Below are positions 50,231 to 60,685 of a stretch of DNA of 64,000 nucleotides, piece by piece (the stretch's first letter is position 1; every line of letters begins with the position of its first letter). This stretch comes from Alphaproteobacteria bacterium (GTDB lineage Bacteria > Pseudomonadota > Alphaproteobacteria > Rs-D84 > CACZYB01), in NCBI GenBank assembly GCA_016297965.1, contig JAEDDP010000003.1, forward strand, positions 15,789-79,788. The letters run 5' to 3'. The position numbers were made by a program, and so were the translations under genes. The notes under the pieces were generated by a model. The model did not search any database. It was not told the origin of the DNA and saw only the letters and a list, made by a program, of their open reading frames with translations.

Positions 50231-51649
50231 ATGATAAATAATTTGCTTAATAAAACTGTGGCTATATTGGGCCTTGGTAAGACAGGTATGGCCGTTGCCA
50301 GAGAACTTAAATGTCGTGGCGTTCACGTTATTGGATGGGATGAAAAAGAAGAATTAAGGGCTGAGGCACAAAAACTTCAAGTTGTGGTTCAGGATTTACG
50401 TTTCGTTGACTTTTCAAAGGTGAAACTTTTGATAATAAGTCCGGGAATTCCGCATACCTACCCTGCTCCACATCCTGTGGCACAGCTTGCAAAGGACAAT
50501 GGTGTTCCAATAATTTCTGATATTGAATTATTTATTTCAACGTACAAGGATGCAAAATATATTGGTATTACCGGCACAAATGGAAAGTCAACAACGACCG
50601 CCCTCATATACCATATATTAAAGGAAAATGGTGTGCCATGTGCAATTGGTGGAAATTTTGGTATTCCAGTTTTTGATTTGCCAATACTTGGAAGTGATGG
50701 TTATTATGTCCTTGAAATGTCAAGTTATCAAATTGATATTACTCCATCGTTGGATTTTGATATTGCCGCACTTTTAAATATTACTCCGGACCATTTGTCC
50801 CGTCATAATGGAATGGATGGATATGTGGCGGTGAAAAAGCAAATCTTTACACGAAAGACAAAAAAGGATGTTGTGAATGTTGTTGCGGTTGATGACAACT
50901 ATACAAAGAAGATATTCAAGGAAATTTGTGAAGAACAAACAAAATCCAAAAATATTCCAGTATCATTTTCAAAAAAATTGGACGGTGGATATTATGTAAA
51001 TTCAAAGGGTGTTTTGATTGATAATACAAAGAATGAGAAAAAAGAAATTTTGGATTTATCGGAACTTCAAAACCTTCGTGGAAAACATAACTGGCAAAAT
51101 ATTGCCGTTGCATTTGCGGTGGCTAAAAAAACAGGACTTTCAACCGCAAAAATTATAGATGCGATAAAAAACTTTGCCACACTTGAACACAGGATTGAAA
51201 ATGTTGGTACATTTGCCGGTGTTCAATTTATTGATGATTCAAAGGCAACCAATGCCGAATCCGTAAAATATGCCATAGACTCAATGAAGGATATTTACTG
51301 GATTATTGGCGGACGACAAAAAGAAGGTGGTATTTCAATTTTGGAACCACAACTTGGGGATGGAAATATAAAGCGAGTATTCACAATTGGTGAATGTGAA
51401 AAGGACTTTTATAATACAACAAAAAAGGTTCTTCCATCATACAAATGTCATAAGCTTGAAAAGGCTGTGTTTAAGGCATTTAAGCTTGCCATAAAAGATT
51501 TAAAAAAGGGCAAGGTTGAAAAACCGGTTATACTTTTATCACCGGCGACTGCGTCATTTGACCAATATAAATCTTTTGAAGCAAGGGGCGACCATTTCAA
51601 ACAGCTTTATAAAGACATAGTTGCAAAGTATCAAAAAAAGTTTGGATAA
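50231..51649 (+). CDS. murD: UDP-N-acetylmuramoylalanine--D-glutamate ligase.
   Basis: GITGTNGKSTTT P-loop and HRIE motif; Mur ligase domains. Confidence 0.85.
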   Translation: MINNLLNKTVAILGLGKTGMAVARELKCRGVHVIGWDEKEELRAEAQKLQVVVQDLRFVDFSKVKLLIISPGIPHTYPAPHPVAQLAKDNGVPIISDIELFISTYKDAKYIGITGTNGKSTTTALIYHILKENGVPCAIGGNFGIPVFDLPILGSDGYYVLEMSSYQIDITPSLDFDIAALLNITPDHLSRHNGMDGYVAVKKQIFTRKTKKDVVNVVAVDDNYTKKIFKEICEEQTKSKNIPVSFSKKLDGGYYVNSKGVLIDNTKNEKKEILDLSELQNLRGKHNWQNIAVAFAVAKKTGLSTAKIIDAIKNFATLEHRIENVGTFAGVQFIDDSKATNAESVKYAIDSMKDIYWIIGGRQKEGGISILEPQLGDGNIKRVFTIGECEKDFYNTTKKVLPSYKCHKLEKAVFKAFKLAIKDLKKGKVEKPVILLSPATASFDQYKSFEARGDHFKQLYKDIVAKYQKKFG

Positions 51650-51654
51650 GCCAA

Positions 51655-52785
51655 ATGTTTATGAAACGAACCGACAATAATTTGCTTACAAAGTGGTGGC
51701 TTGGGGTAGATAAGGTTGTTTTATTTGCCGTACTTGGGTTTATAGTGTTCGGTGCATTGATGGTTTGTTCAACCGGACCGTATGCCGCGCAAAGGGCAAG
51801 ATTGGATGAGCTTTTTTATATAAAAAAAATGCTTGTATACATTCCGGTTGGTATCGTTTCATTGTTCGTATTATCGTTTATGAAAATAAAGTGGTTAAGG
51901 TATGGAGCATGGACTTTATTCCTTATCCTTCTTCCATCATTATTTGTGGCATTGGCATTTCCGGAAACCAAGGGGGCAAGGCGTTGGATTACACTTCCAG
52001 GGGTATTTAAAATTCAGCCGTCCGAATTTTTTAAGCCTATATTTGCCCTTGTCGTTGCGATGATACTTTCGCGAATAAAGGAACTTCACAACAGGGAAGT
52101 TCCGGTATGGCAAAATAAACGTGAACGGAACTATATTCTTTTGCTTCTTGGTATATTTGGTCTTGTTATACTCGCCCTATCCCTTCAAAAAGATTTGGGA
52201 ATGACACTTACGTATACAGTTATCTTTTTTGCCGAAGTTTTTGTTGCAGGACTTTCGTGGAAATGGATTTTGGTACTTTTTGGATTGGGTATTACGGGAC
52301 TTGCCTGTGCATTCAAATTTATGCCCCACGTTGTACGGCGACTTACGGCATTTCACGAAGGTTCGTACCAACTTGATATGAGCCTTAAAGCGATTGGCGA
52401 GTCGGGTATACTTTTTGGTGGGTCAGGAAACAACATAAAAAAGCTTATCCCCGATGTTCACACCGATTTTATTTTTGCGGGAATTGTTGAAAATTTTGGA
52501 CCAGTTATTGCCACACTTATAGTTGCATCATTTTTTAGCGTAATCCTACATATTTTGGGAGATGTGTATCAAAAAAATAATAAATTTATTGTATATAGTG
52601 TTGTTGGTATTGTGTCGTATTTGACATTCCAAATAACAATTAACCTTTCATCAACACTTGGAATAATTCCAACAAAGGGTATGACATTGCCGTTTATTTC
52701 CTATGGTGGGTCGTCCTTTGTTTCATCTTGCATTGCAATAGGAATTATTTTATCATTGCTTCAAGATCAAAATTTACGGAGATGA
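51655..52785 (+). CDS. ftsW: Peptidoglycan glycosyltransferase FtsW (SEDS family).
   Basis: Ten TM segments and SEDS conserved regions (PSEF.K, TDFIFA). Confidence 0.85.
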   Translation: MFMKRTDNNLLTKWWLGVDKVVLFAVLGFIVFGALMVCSTGPYAAQRARLDELFYIKKMLVYIPVGIVSLFVLSFMKIKWLRYGAWTLFLILLPSLFVALAFPETKGARRWITLPGVFKIQPSEFFKPIFALVVAMILSRIKELHNREVPVWQNKRERNYILLLLGIFGLVILALSLQKDLGMTLTYTVIFFAEVFVAGLSWKWILVLFGLGITGLACAFKFMPHVVRRLTAFHEGSYQLDMSLKAIGESGILFGGSGNNIKKLIPDVHTDFIFAGIVENFGPVIATLIVASFFSVILHILGDVYQKNNKFIVYSVVGIVSYLTFQITINLSSTLGIIPTKGMTLPFISYGGSSFVSSCIAIGIILSLLQDQNLRR

Positions 52786-52790
52786 TTATA

Positions 52791-53882
52791 ATGAAAAAAA
52801 ATAATAAAAGAATAGTGATTGCTGCTGGTGGAACCGGTGGACATCTGTTTCCCGCTTCATCAATAAAAACTGCCCTTGAAAAAAAGGGATATAAGGTATT
52901 TTTGATTACGGATAAAAGGGGCAAAAGATTTGCCAACAAATTTGAAAATATATCCGTTATTGTTGGTGGCGGTTGGAGTGGGGAAAGCTTCTTTTACCGT
53001 GCAAGAAGTCTTTGCAAACTTGCCGTTGGATTTATGCAAACACTTTTTTATATGTTTAAAATCCGTCCGGTTGCCGTGATTGGGATGGGTGGTTATATTT
53101 CGGTTCCGGTTGTGTTGTGGGGAAAGCTTCTTTTGAAAAAGACTTTCGTACATAATGCCGACTCTATACTTGGTAATGCAAATATATTGCTTTCCAAATT
53201 TGCGGATGTGACAATGGTTTCATTCAATGATACAAAGAAAATTCCGGCACGGGCAAATGTTGTATTTACCGGACTTCCACTTCGTCAGGATGTAAAGGAT
53301 GTTGCAAATACGCCGTACAATTCACCGGAAAAAAGTAGCAAGATTATTGTTGTTGTTATGGGGGGATCCCAGGGGGCAAAAATCTTTGGTGATGTTGTAT
53401 CAAGGGCATTTGCAATGTTTGATAGTAAGACAAAAAAGAAGTTATTTATATATCAACAGGTTGTTGAGGAAGATATAGGGGAAATTTCCGAATTTTACAA
53501 AAATGAAGGAATTGAGGCCGAAATAAAATCATTTTTCAATAACCCAGCGGAATTATTAGCATTGGCAAACATATTTATTGGGCGTGCAGGTGCATCTACC
53601 GTATTGGAAGTTGGAACGGTTGGAAGACCGTCAATTTTTATACCAATTATGCATAAGGACAGGCAACAATTCATAAATGCCGAACAAATAACAAATGTTG
53701 GTGGTGGGGAAATCTTACCACAACCAGAGTTTTCGGCAAAAAATTTATATAAAATCCTTGAAAAAATGATAAAAACGCCGAATTTACTTGAAAATATGGC
53801 AAAAAAAGCTAAAATTTTCAAAATTGATAATGACGCAAGCAAAAATATTGCCGATTTAGTGGACAATATCCTTTGCAAATAA
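52791..53882 (+). CDS. murG: UDP-GlcNAc--undecaprenyl-PP-MurNAc-pentapeptide GlcNAc transferase.
   Basis: IVIAAGGTGGHLFPA N-terminal motif and GT28 fold. Start at the ATG at 52791, just after the ftsW stop. Confidence 0.85.
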   Translation: MKKNNKRIVIAAGGTGGHLFPASSIKTALEKKGYKVFLITDKRGKRFANKFENISVIVGGGWSGESFFYRARSLCKLAVGFMQTLFYMFKIRPVAVIGMGGYISVPVVLWGKLLLKKTFVHNADSILGNANILLSKFADVTMVSFNDTKKIPARANVVFTGLPLRQDVKDVANTPYNSPEKSSKIIVVVMGGSQGAKIFGDVVSRAFAMFDSKTKKKLFIYQQVVEEDIGEISEFYKNEGIEAEIKSFFNNPAELLALANIFIGRAGASTVLEVGTVGRPSIFIPIMHKDRQQFINAEQITNVGGGEILPQPEFSAKNLYKILEKMIKTPNLLENMAKKAKIFKIDNDASKNIADLVDNILCK

Positions 53883-53894
53883 AGAAGGTGTGTA

Positions 53895-55301
53895 ATGCAA
53901 AATATTGATTTAAATTCATTGCCAAAATCAACTGTGTTTCATTTTATTGGGGTTGATGGTATCGGAATGAGTTCTATTGCCGAAGTTTTGTGTAAGCTTG
54001 GCTTTGAAGTGCAGGGTTCAAATGATGTTGATGGTGAAAATATGCAACATCTTAAAACACTTGGGGCAACCGTGTTTGTTGGACATAAGGCATCAAATGT
54101 TAATGGTGCGGATTTTGTTGTATTTTCGTCCGCAATTCCAGAAGACAATGTTGAAATGGTTGAAGCAAAAAAGCTTGGGATTCCACTTGTTGAGCGGGCA
54201 ACTATGCTTCAATACTTATTTACAATGAAAAAATCCGTGGCGATTACCGGAACACACGGAAAGACCACTACTACATCGTTCGTTGGAACTATGCTTGATG
54301 TTGCCGGATTTGATGCAACAATCATTGATGGTGGAATTATGAATAAGTATAATTCACATAACAAGGTTGGAAATGGTGAATTTGTTGTGGCGGAAGCATG
54401 TGAAGCATTCGGAAATATAAAGCATTATACAACCGATATTGCCGTTATAACAAATGTTGATGCCGAACATATGGAATATTACAAAACGTTTGAAAATTTG
54501 GAAAACTATTTCCGTGAATTTATTGGTCGTGTGCCAGCTGATGGATTGGTTGTTGCATGCGCGGATCATCCTGTTGCATTAAAGCTTGCCAATGAAGCAA
54601 GGGGTAAAAAAAAGATTCTTACCTACGGATATTCGGATGGAGCGGATGTGATCGCATCCAACGTTCATTTTGAAACTGATGGTTCACATTTTGATGTAAA
54701 GTTTGCAAACGGTGATGAAATAAAAAATCTTCATATTCCATTGTTTGGAAGGCACAATGTTCTTAACTCACTTGTTGCAATTGCAATTGCAAAGCATTTG
54801 AATGTTGGTGATGATAAGATATGTGAGGCATTGGCTCAATTTACCGGAACAAAGCACAGGTTTACACGTGTTGCAGATGTGGATGGTATTACAATTTTTG
54901 ATGATTATGGTCATCATCCAAAGGAAATTGAAATGACCCTTGCGATGGCACGAACTATTGCAAAGGATAATAAAATATTTGCAATTTTTGAACCACATAG
55001 GTATTCGCGACTTACAAACTTATTTGATGGTTTTTTGAAATGTTTTAAGGATGCGGATTATGTAATTTGTATGCCAGTTTATGGTGCCGGAGAATCAGAG
55101 GGGGGATTTAAAACTCATTCTGATTTTTATGATGCTCTTCAAGCTTCTGGATTTAAAAATTCATTTAAAATCAATGACTTTAATGAAGTCCCAGAGATTA
55201 TATTGTCAAACGCAAAATCAGGTGATATAATTGTTTCACTTGGTGCGGGAAGTATAAAACATTATATTTATGACTTGCCAAATTTGATTAGAAAAAAATA
55301 G
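53895..55301 (+). CDS. murC: UDP-N-acetylmuramate--L-alanine ligase.
   Basis: HFIGVDGIGMS N-terminus and ITGTHGKTTTTS P-loop; Mur ligase domains. Confidence 0.85.
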   Translation: MQNIDLNSLPKSTVFHFIGVDGIGMSSIAEVLCKLGFEVQGSNDVDGENMQHLKTLGATVFVGHKASNVNGADFVVFSSAIPEDNVEMVEAKKLGIPLVERATMLQYLFTMKKSVAITGTHGKTTTTSFVGTMLDVAGFDATIIDGGIMNKYNSHNKVGNGEFVVAEACEAFGNIKHYTTDIAVITNVDAEHMEYYKTFENLENYFREFIGRVPADGLVVACADHPVALKLANEARGKKKILTYGYSDGADVIASNVHFETDGSHFDVKFANGDEIKNLHIPLFGRHNVLNSLVAIAIAKHLNVGDDKICEALAQFTGTKHRFTRVADVDGITIFDDYGHHPKEIEMTLAMARTIAKDNKIFAIFEPHRYSRLTNLFDGFLKCFKDADYVICMPVYGAGESEGGFKTHSDFYDALQASGFKNSFKINDFNEVPEIILSNAKSGDIIVSLGAGSIKHYIYDLPNLIRKK

Positions 55302-55319
55302 GTTATTGAAAGAACGACT

Positions 55320-56231
55320 ATGAACGATTTACCAAAAGTCAAGGGTGATTTATTTGAAAATTATGAAATTGCAAACCTTACCAGATTCAAAACTGGTGGT
55401 GTGGCGGAGGTTTATTTTTCACCAAGGGATACCGATGATTTATCAAACTTTTTGAAAAAATCTCCAAAGGATATGCCAATACATATAATTGGTTTTGGTT
55501 CAAACATCCTTATCCGTGATGGTGTCCTTAATGGTATTGTTATTCGTCTTCAAAATGACAATTTTTCACGTATTGAAAAGTTGGATGATGGTTCATTTAG
55601 GTGTGGTGCGTTTGCTTCGTGTGTTGCAATTTCAAAATTCGCCGCCGAAAATGATGTTGCCGGTATGGAATTTTTGTTTGGTATTCCCGGAACTATTGGT
55701 GGGGCAATACTTACAAATGCTGGATGTTTCGGTCGTGAGGTAAAGGATATAATCGTTTCAGTTGAAGCGGTTGATAAGCTTACTGGAAAATCAAAAACTT
55801 TTATGCTTGATGAATGTGGTTTTTCGTACAGGAAGTGTGATATTTCCGACGAATGGGTTTTCACATCTGTTATAATAAAGGGAAAGCCAGGTAAAAAAGA
55901 AGAAATCCTTAAAACTATGGATGAAATAAAGACAAAGAAGGATTCATCACAGCCAACATATACAAAGACATCGGGTTCAACATTCAAAAATCCAAATTCT
56001 GAAAATCCAGCATGGAAGTTGATAAAGGATTCCGGATGTCAGGGAATGAAACTTGGCGGTGCAATTGTTTCACCAAAGCATGCAAACTTTATTGTGAATG
56101 AAAATAATGCGACATCCGCAGATATTGAAGATTTGGCGGAAAAGGTTCGCTTGGTTGTTTATGAAAAGTTTGGCATAATGCTTGAATATGAAATAAAAAT
56201 TATTGGTTCAAGAAAGCTTGAAAATCCATAA
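55320..56231 (+). CDS. murB: UDP-N-acetylenolpyruvoylglucosamine reductase.
   Basis: FAD-binding PCMH domain (GFGSNIL) and C-terminal MurB domain. Confidence 0.85.
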   Translation: MNDLPKVKGDLFENYEIANLTRFKTGGVAEVYFSPRDTDDLSNFLKKSPKDMPIHIIGFGSNILIRDGVLNGIVIRLQNDNFSRIEKLDDGSFRCGAFASCVAISKFAAENDVAGMEFLFGIPGTIGGAILTNAGCFGREVKDIIVSVEAVDKLTGKSKTFMLDECGFSYRKCDISDEWVFTSVIIKGKPGKKEEILKTMDEIKTKKDSSQPTYTKTSGSTFKNPNSENPAWKLIKDSGCQGMKLGGAIVSPKHANFIVNENNATSADIEDLAEKVRLVVYEKFGIMLEYEIKIIGSRKLENP

Positions 56232-56257
56232 AAAAAACAATAAAAAATTTAAATAAA

Positions 56258-56285
56258 ATTACAAAAGGAGTGCCTATTTTTTAAG
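56258..56285. terminator. Bidirectional terminator hairpin (gagtgc-ctattttttaa-gcactc + T5) shared by murB and convergent murJ.
   Basis: 6-bp stem followed by ttttt. Overlaps the murJ stop. Confidence 0.45.
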
Positions 56286-57824
56286 CACTCTTTTTATTTC
56301 ACGAAGGTTTAAAATTCCGCACAAAATGATTGCAGTAAAATAAAATATTCCACCAATTATCATAAGAAGAATTAGTGATAAAAGCTTTAAGCCAACGGAA
56401 TAAACACTTATGTCCGCCATCAATCCCATAACACCAAAGTAAACGATAAGTGCCATCAGAATACTTATTACCGTAATTTTGAAAATATCCTTTAATATCC
56501 CCTTATACATAACCATAAATCCGCGAACATAGCTTATAAAATAAAGCAACAATGTATTTATCCAATTTGAAATGGATATTGCAATCACAATTCCGATATA
56601 GCCGTAAAGTTCGTTAAAAATAATGGTAAAGCCCAAATTAAATAGCATTGTTATAAAGGCAACAATCATTGGGGTTTTTGTATCATTGCGGGCATAAAAA
56701 ATGTTGGCAAAAAGTTTTGTGTAAACAAGTGCCGGTAATGACAGGCAAAGAATATTTAAAATCTTTGATGTGGCAAAGGTATCCGATTGAACAAAGGCGC
56801 CACGTTCAAAAAGAACCTGTATTAGTGGATAACTTATTGCAATAAGTCCAAATGCCGATGGCACGACAAGAAGGCTTGCCAACTTCATTGACTTGTTAAA
56901 CAAGGCCTTTGTCTTATTCAAATTGTTTTTGTGGCATTCGTTTGAAAGGCTTGGGAGTAAAACGGTTGCAATCGCCACGCCAATCACACCAAGGGGAAGC
57001 TGGTTTAACCGGTCGGCATAATAAATTAACGACACCGCACCGTTTGTTTGTGAGGCGAAAATTCCACCAATCATAATGTTAAGGTGGTAAATTCCAGCAC
57101 CCAAAATTCCAGGCATAATTTTCTTTAAAAACAGTACCACTTCGGATGAAAATTTTGGTTTAAATGAAATTACACCGAATCCATACTTTTTTGCAATCCA
57201 CCACAAAAGGATAAGTTGGATTACACCGGAAATTGATACGCCCCAAGATGCCGCATGTGCCGCGGTTGGCATAAACCGTCCAAGGCAAAGAAGAGCCAAT
57301 ATAATACAGGAATTTAAAATTATTGGTGTAAGGGCATAAGGTTGAAAATGTCCCAATGTATTTAAAATACTTCCAAAAAATGATGTCAATGCAATGGAAA
57401 GTAAGAATGGAAATGTTATTCGGGCAAGTAGCACTGCAAGTTCATATTTTTCCGGATTGTCGGTAAATCCAGGGGCAAAAACATCAATCATAAATGGCAT
57501 ATAAACTTCGGCAATGAGTGTAAAAATCAATAAAATATAAAACAAAAATGCAAATAAGTTTTGGCAAAATTGTTTTGCCCTTTGCTTTGGATCTTCGTAT
57601 AAAATTTTTGAAAATATTGGAACGAATGCGGAATTAAAGGCACCCTCGGCAAAGATGCTTCGGAAAAGATTTGGAACCTTAAATGCAACCAAAAAACAAT
57701 CGGAAAATTTTCCGGCACCCAAATATTTTGCAACAAAAAAGTCCCGCAAAAGCCCACTTACCCTGCTTATTAAAGTAATAAATCCTACGACAACTGTATT
57801 TTTCAAAAAACTCTTACTACTCAT
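56274..57824 (-). CDS. murJ: Lipid II flippase MurJ.
   Basis: N-terminal SRVSGLLRDFFVAKYLGAG...DCFLVAFKVPNLFRSIFAEGAFNSAFVP matches the MurJ signature. 14 TM segments. Confidence 0.85.
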   Translation of the reverse strand: MSSKSFLKNTVVVGFITLISRVSGLLRDFFVAKYLGAGKFSDCFLVAFKVPNLFRSIFAEGAFNSAFVPIFSKILYEDPKQRAKQFCQNLFAFLFYILLIFTLIAEVYMPFMIDVFAPGFTDNPEKYELAVLLARITFPFLLSIALTSFFGSILNTLGHFQPYALTPIILNSCIILALLCLGRFMPTAAHAASWGVSISGVIQLILLWWIAKKYGFGVISFKPKFSSEVVLFLKKIMPGILGAGIYHLNIMIGGIFASQTNGAVSLIYYADRLNQLPLGVIGVAIATVLLPSLSNECHKNNLNKTKALFNKSMKLASLLVVPSAFGLIAISYPLIQVLFERGAFVQSDTFATSKILNILCLSLPALVYTKLFANIFYARNDTKTPMIVAFITMLFNLGFTIIFNELYGYIGIVIAISISNWINTLLLYFISYVRGFMVMYKGILKDIFKITVISILMALIVYFGVMGLMADISVYSVGLKLLSLILLMIIGGIFYFTAIILCGILNLREIKRVLKK

Positions 57825-57895
57825 AAAAAAATCCTTTATTTATCGTAACTTATAATATATTATATCTTAAATAAGGCAATATAAAAGAGAGAAAA

Positions 57896-58630
57896 ATGAA
57901 AAAAATTTTTGCGATTATTCCCGCGATATTCCTTGTCGCATGTGCTGGAAATGACGAATTTGATTATTCAAAAAAATCAGATACCGACATTTTGAACGAA
58001 GGAATAGAACACCTTAAAAATGAAAACTATGTTTCCGCGGTGAGCTCGCTTACCCAACTTGAATACAATCATCCGTATTCGTCGTTGGTTGCAAATTCTT
58101 GGTATCTTGCCGGATATGGTTATTATCGTGATGGAAAATATGCGGAGGCAGTAGAGCAATTTTCAAAGCTTTTAAAGTTTCAACCAAGTCATCCACAGGC
58201 ACCATACGTTGCGTATATGATTGCAATTTCGTATTATGACCAAATTTCACCAATCACCCGCGACCAAAAAATGACAGAACGTGCATTGAAAAGTATGTTG
58301 GAGGTAGTTCAAAAATATCCAAATACAAAGTATGCGGAGGATTTAAAACCAAAAATAATTATTGCCCGAAACAACTTGGCTGCAAAGGAAATGTATATTG
58401 CCAAAACATTGGAGGGAAAGAAAAATATAATTGCCGCGCTTAACCGTTATCAAACAGTTATTAAAAAATATGAAACTACACTTTTTGTACCGGAAGCATT
58501 GTTTAGAACCGTTGAAATTTACGATATGATGGGAGAAAGGGATGAAGTTAAAAATATGACCCGTCTTTTACAGGTTAATTATCCGAACACCCGTTGGTAC
58601 AGGCTTGCAAAACGAATTGCGGATAAGTAA
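57896..58630 (+). CDS. bamD: Outer membrane protein assembly factor BamD-like lipoprotein (TPR).
   Basis: Lipobox LVACAG and TPR-like repeats. The size and genomic context fit BamD/YfiO. Confidence 0.55.
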   Translation: MKKIFAIIPAIFLVACAGNDEFDYSKKSDTDILNEGIEHLKNENYVSAVSSLTQLEYNHPYSSLVANSWYLAGYGYYRDGKYAEAVEQFSKLLKFQPSHPQAPYVAYMIAISYYDQISPITRDQKMTERALKSMLEVVQKYPNTKYAEDLKPKIIIARNNLAAKEMYIAKTLEGKKNIIAALNRYQTVIKKYETTLFVPEALFRTVEIYDMMGERDEVKNMTRLLQVNYPNTRWYRLAKRIADK

Positions 58631-58631
58631 T

Positions 58632-59408
58632 TTATTTTAAATTCAAATTAAATAAATCGTTGAAATTTTGTGTTGTAATTTTTGATATTTCATCAAAGGT
58701 TGTTGATTTTATTTTGGCAAGCATTTTTGCAGTTTCAACAACGAATCCAGGTTCATTTTGTTTTCCACGATATGGCACAGGAGCAAGGTAAGGAGAATCC
58801 GTTTCAACAAGAAGTCGGTTAAGTGGAATATCCCGAAAAACATTCCTTAAATCACCAGCATTTTTGAATGTGATTATTCCAGAGGCGGAAATATAAAAAC
58901 CACAATCAAGCATTGCATTTGCCATTTTTAAATCACCGGTAAAGCAATGAATTATCGCCCTAAATTTCTTTTTATTATATTCAGTGGTTAAAATTTCACA
59001 CATATCATCATTTGAATCACGATTATGAATAATAAGTGGAAGTCCGGTTTCACCCGCCACATCAATATGGTTTAAAAGATTTTTTATTTGCAAATCGCGG
59101 TTGTATCCATCGGATGAATAATCAAGTCCGGTTTCACCAATGGCAATAATTTTTTTACTTTTTCCAATAAATGAAAGCAAATCTTCCTTTGACACCATAC
59201 CTTCACGTTCGGCTTCCTCTGGATGTTGACCGATGGCACCGAATACACAATCAAAATTTGATACAACATCAATTATTTTTTCAAATGACCCACGGGCAGC
59301 GCAGGCATTAAGCATATATTTAACCGACAAAGAATTTGCGGATTCAACAATTCTTTTTTTGTCGGCAAAATCAAAAAAATCAATGTGGCAATGACTATCA
59401 ATAAGCAT
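58632..59408 (-). CDS. tatD: TatD family metal-dependent hydrolase.
   Basis: MLIDSHCHIDF N-terminal HxH motif and TIM-barrel hydrolase motifs. Confidence 0.8.
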   Translation of the reverse strand: MLIDSHCHIDFFDFADKKRIVESANSLSVKYMLNACAARGSFEKIIDVVSNFDCVFGAIGQHPEEAEREGMVSKEDLLSFIGKSKKIIAIGETGLDYSSDGYNRDLQIKNLLNHIDVAGETGLPLIIHNRDSNDDMCEILTTEYNKKKFRAIIHCFTGDLKMANAMLDCGFYISASGIITFKNAGDLRNVFRDIPLNRLLVETDSPYLAPVPYRGKQNEPGFVVETAKMLAKIKSTTFDEISKITTQNFNDLFNLNLK

Positions 59409-60684
59409 TTTTTATTCTTTCAAATGCAGAAATTATAGTTGCGGTATAGTCCAAATTCAAAATTGGGACAAGATTGAAATCATTCAAACTTTGTTCACGA
59501 ATTGCAAAAAGCGAATCGGAATTTGTAAAATATTTTGCACACAACTTTGTTATTTTTTCTTCCTCGGTTGAAGCAAAAACAACCGGCAATTTTGCATTAA
59601 GTTTTATTAAGTTATTTAAAAAGTTTATGTATATTTGTTCAAAAATCTTCAACTTTGTTTCAATGTTTCCAACCATCAAACATAAATCCAAAATCTTTTT
59701 ATTCTTTTTTGACATAAGATCAGGTATAACCTCAAAAAACAAATTCAAAATATCAATACCGTTATTGTTATAAAAATTTATTGCGGTACCGATACTGCCT
59801 TCGGACAATTCAATCAAATTTTTCACATCCGAATCGGAAATCCCATCAATGTAATCACGAAGAAGTATTGACATATTTTCATCACTTAATGGATGAAGTT
59901 TAAGCACCCGACACCGCGACTTTATTGTATCAAGAAGACCTTCGTAATTATTACAAATAAGAAGGAGTAAAGATTTGTTTGGGGCTTCCTCCAATATCTT
60001 TAAAAGAGCATTACTGCTGTTTGGATTCATTTCATCTACGCAATCAATAAGGGCGATTTTATAGCCACCTTCGGATGAAGTTTTTGAAAAAAATTCCTTT
60101 AACTGGCGAATCTGTTCAACGGAAATTTCCGATTTTAATTTTGTATGGGACGAATCGGCAAATTCACGTTCCACCACCATAAGGTCAGTTATACCGCCGG
60201 CAAGCAACCGTTCAAATATTGGATGGGATGGTGAAAGTTTCAATGGCGACTTATCAAGTAGGTCAAGATTTTCACTTTTTTTGATACTTGGTGTATCGGT
60301 TGTTTTTGCGGAAGAATATGAAACCTCCGAATCGTCAGACATTTCCGTTTCGTATCCATCCGAATCGTCATCATCGTCTTCATCATCAAAAATATTTGTG
60401 GTTTGGGTGGAAAGTTTTTCCATATCCAATTTTGTATCAAGGTTAAGGTCGTTTAATAAATCCTGATTATTCAATGAAAAAATATAACGAATAATACGAT
60501 AGGCAAAGGTTGCCTTTCCAATACCTTTTTGTCCCGAAATAATCCACGAATGATGGAAAGCACCACTTTTGAAACAATCAAAAAATTCGCGTTCTGAAAC
60601 TTCATGTCCCAAAAGGTACGGGGTGGTACGTGGAGTCAAAGTTTCAGATTTAAAATCATTTTGTGGTTCAGTTTTTGTTGCCAT
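59398..60684 (-). CDS. holB: DNA polymerase III subunit delta', with an internal ~90-aa acidic low-complexity insertion.
   Basis: AAA+ region HHSWIISGQKGIGKATFAYRI. A tmk-holB-tatD arrangement as in E. coli. Insert DDEDDDDDSDGYETEMSDDSE.... The 11-nt overlap with tatD is typical. Confidence 0.7.
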   Translation of the reverse strand: MATKTEPQNDFKSETLTPRTTPYLLGHEVSEREFFDCFKSGAFHHSWIISGQKGIGKATFAYRIIRYIFSLNNQDLLNDLNLDTKLDMEKLSTQTTNIFDDEDDDDDSDGYETEMSDDSEVSYSSAKTTDTPSIKKSENLDLLDKSPLKLSPSHPIFERLLAGGITDLMVVEREFADSSHTKLKSEISVEQIRQLKEFFSKTSSEGGYKIALIDCVDEMNPNSSNALLKILEEAPNKSLLLLICNNYEGLLDTIKSRCRVLKLHPLSDENMSILLRDYIDGISDSDVKNLIELSEGSIGTAINFYNNNGIDILNLFFEVIPDLMSKKNKKILDLCLMVGNIETKLKIFEQIYINFLNNLIKLNAKLPVVFASTEEEKITKLCAKYFTNSDSLFAIREQSLNDFNLVPILNLDYTATIISAFERIKNAY

Positions 60685-60685
60685 A

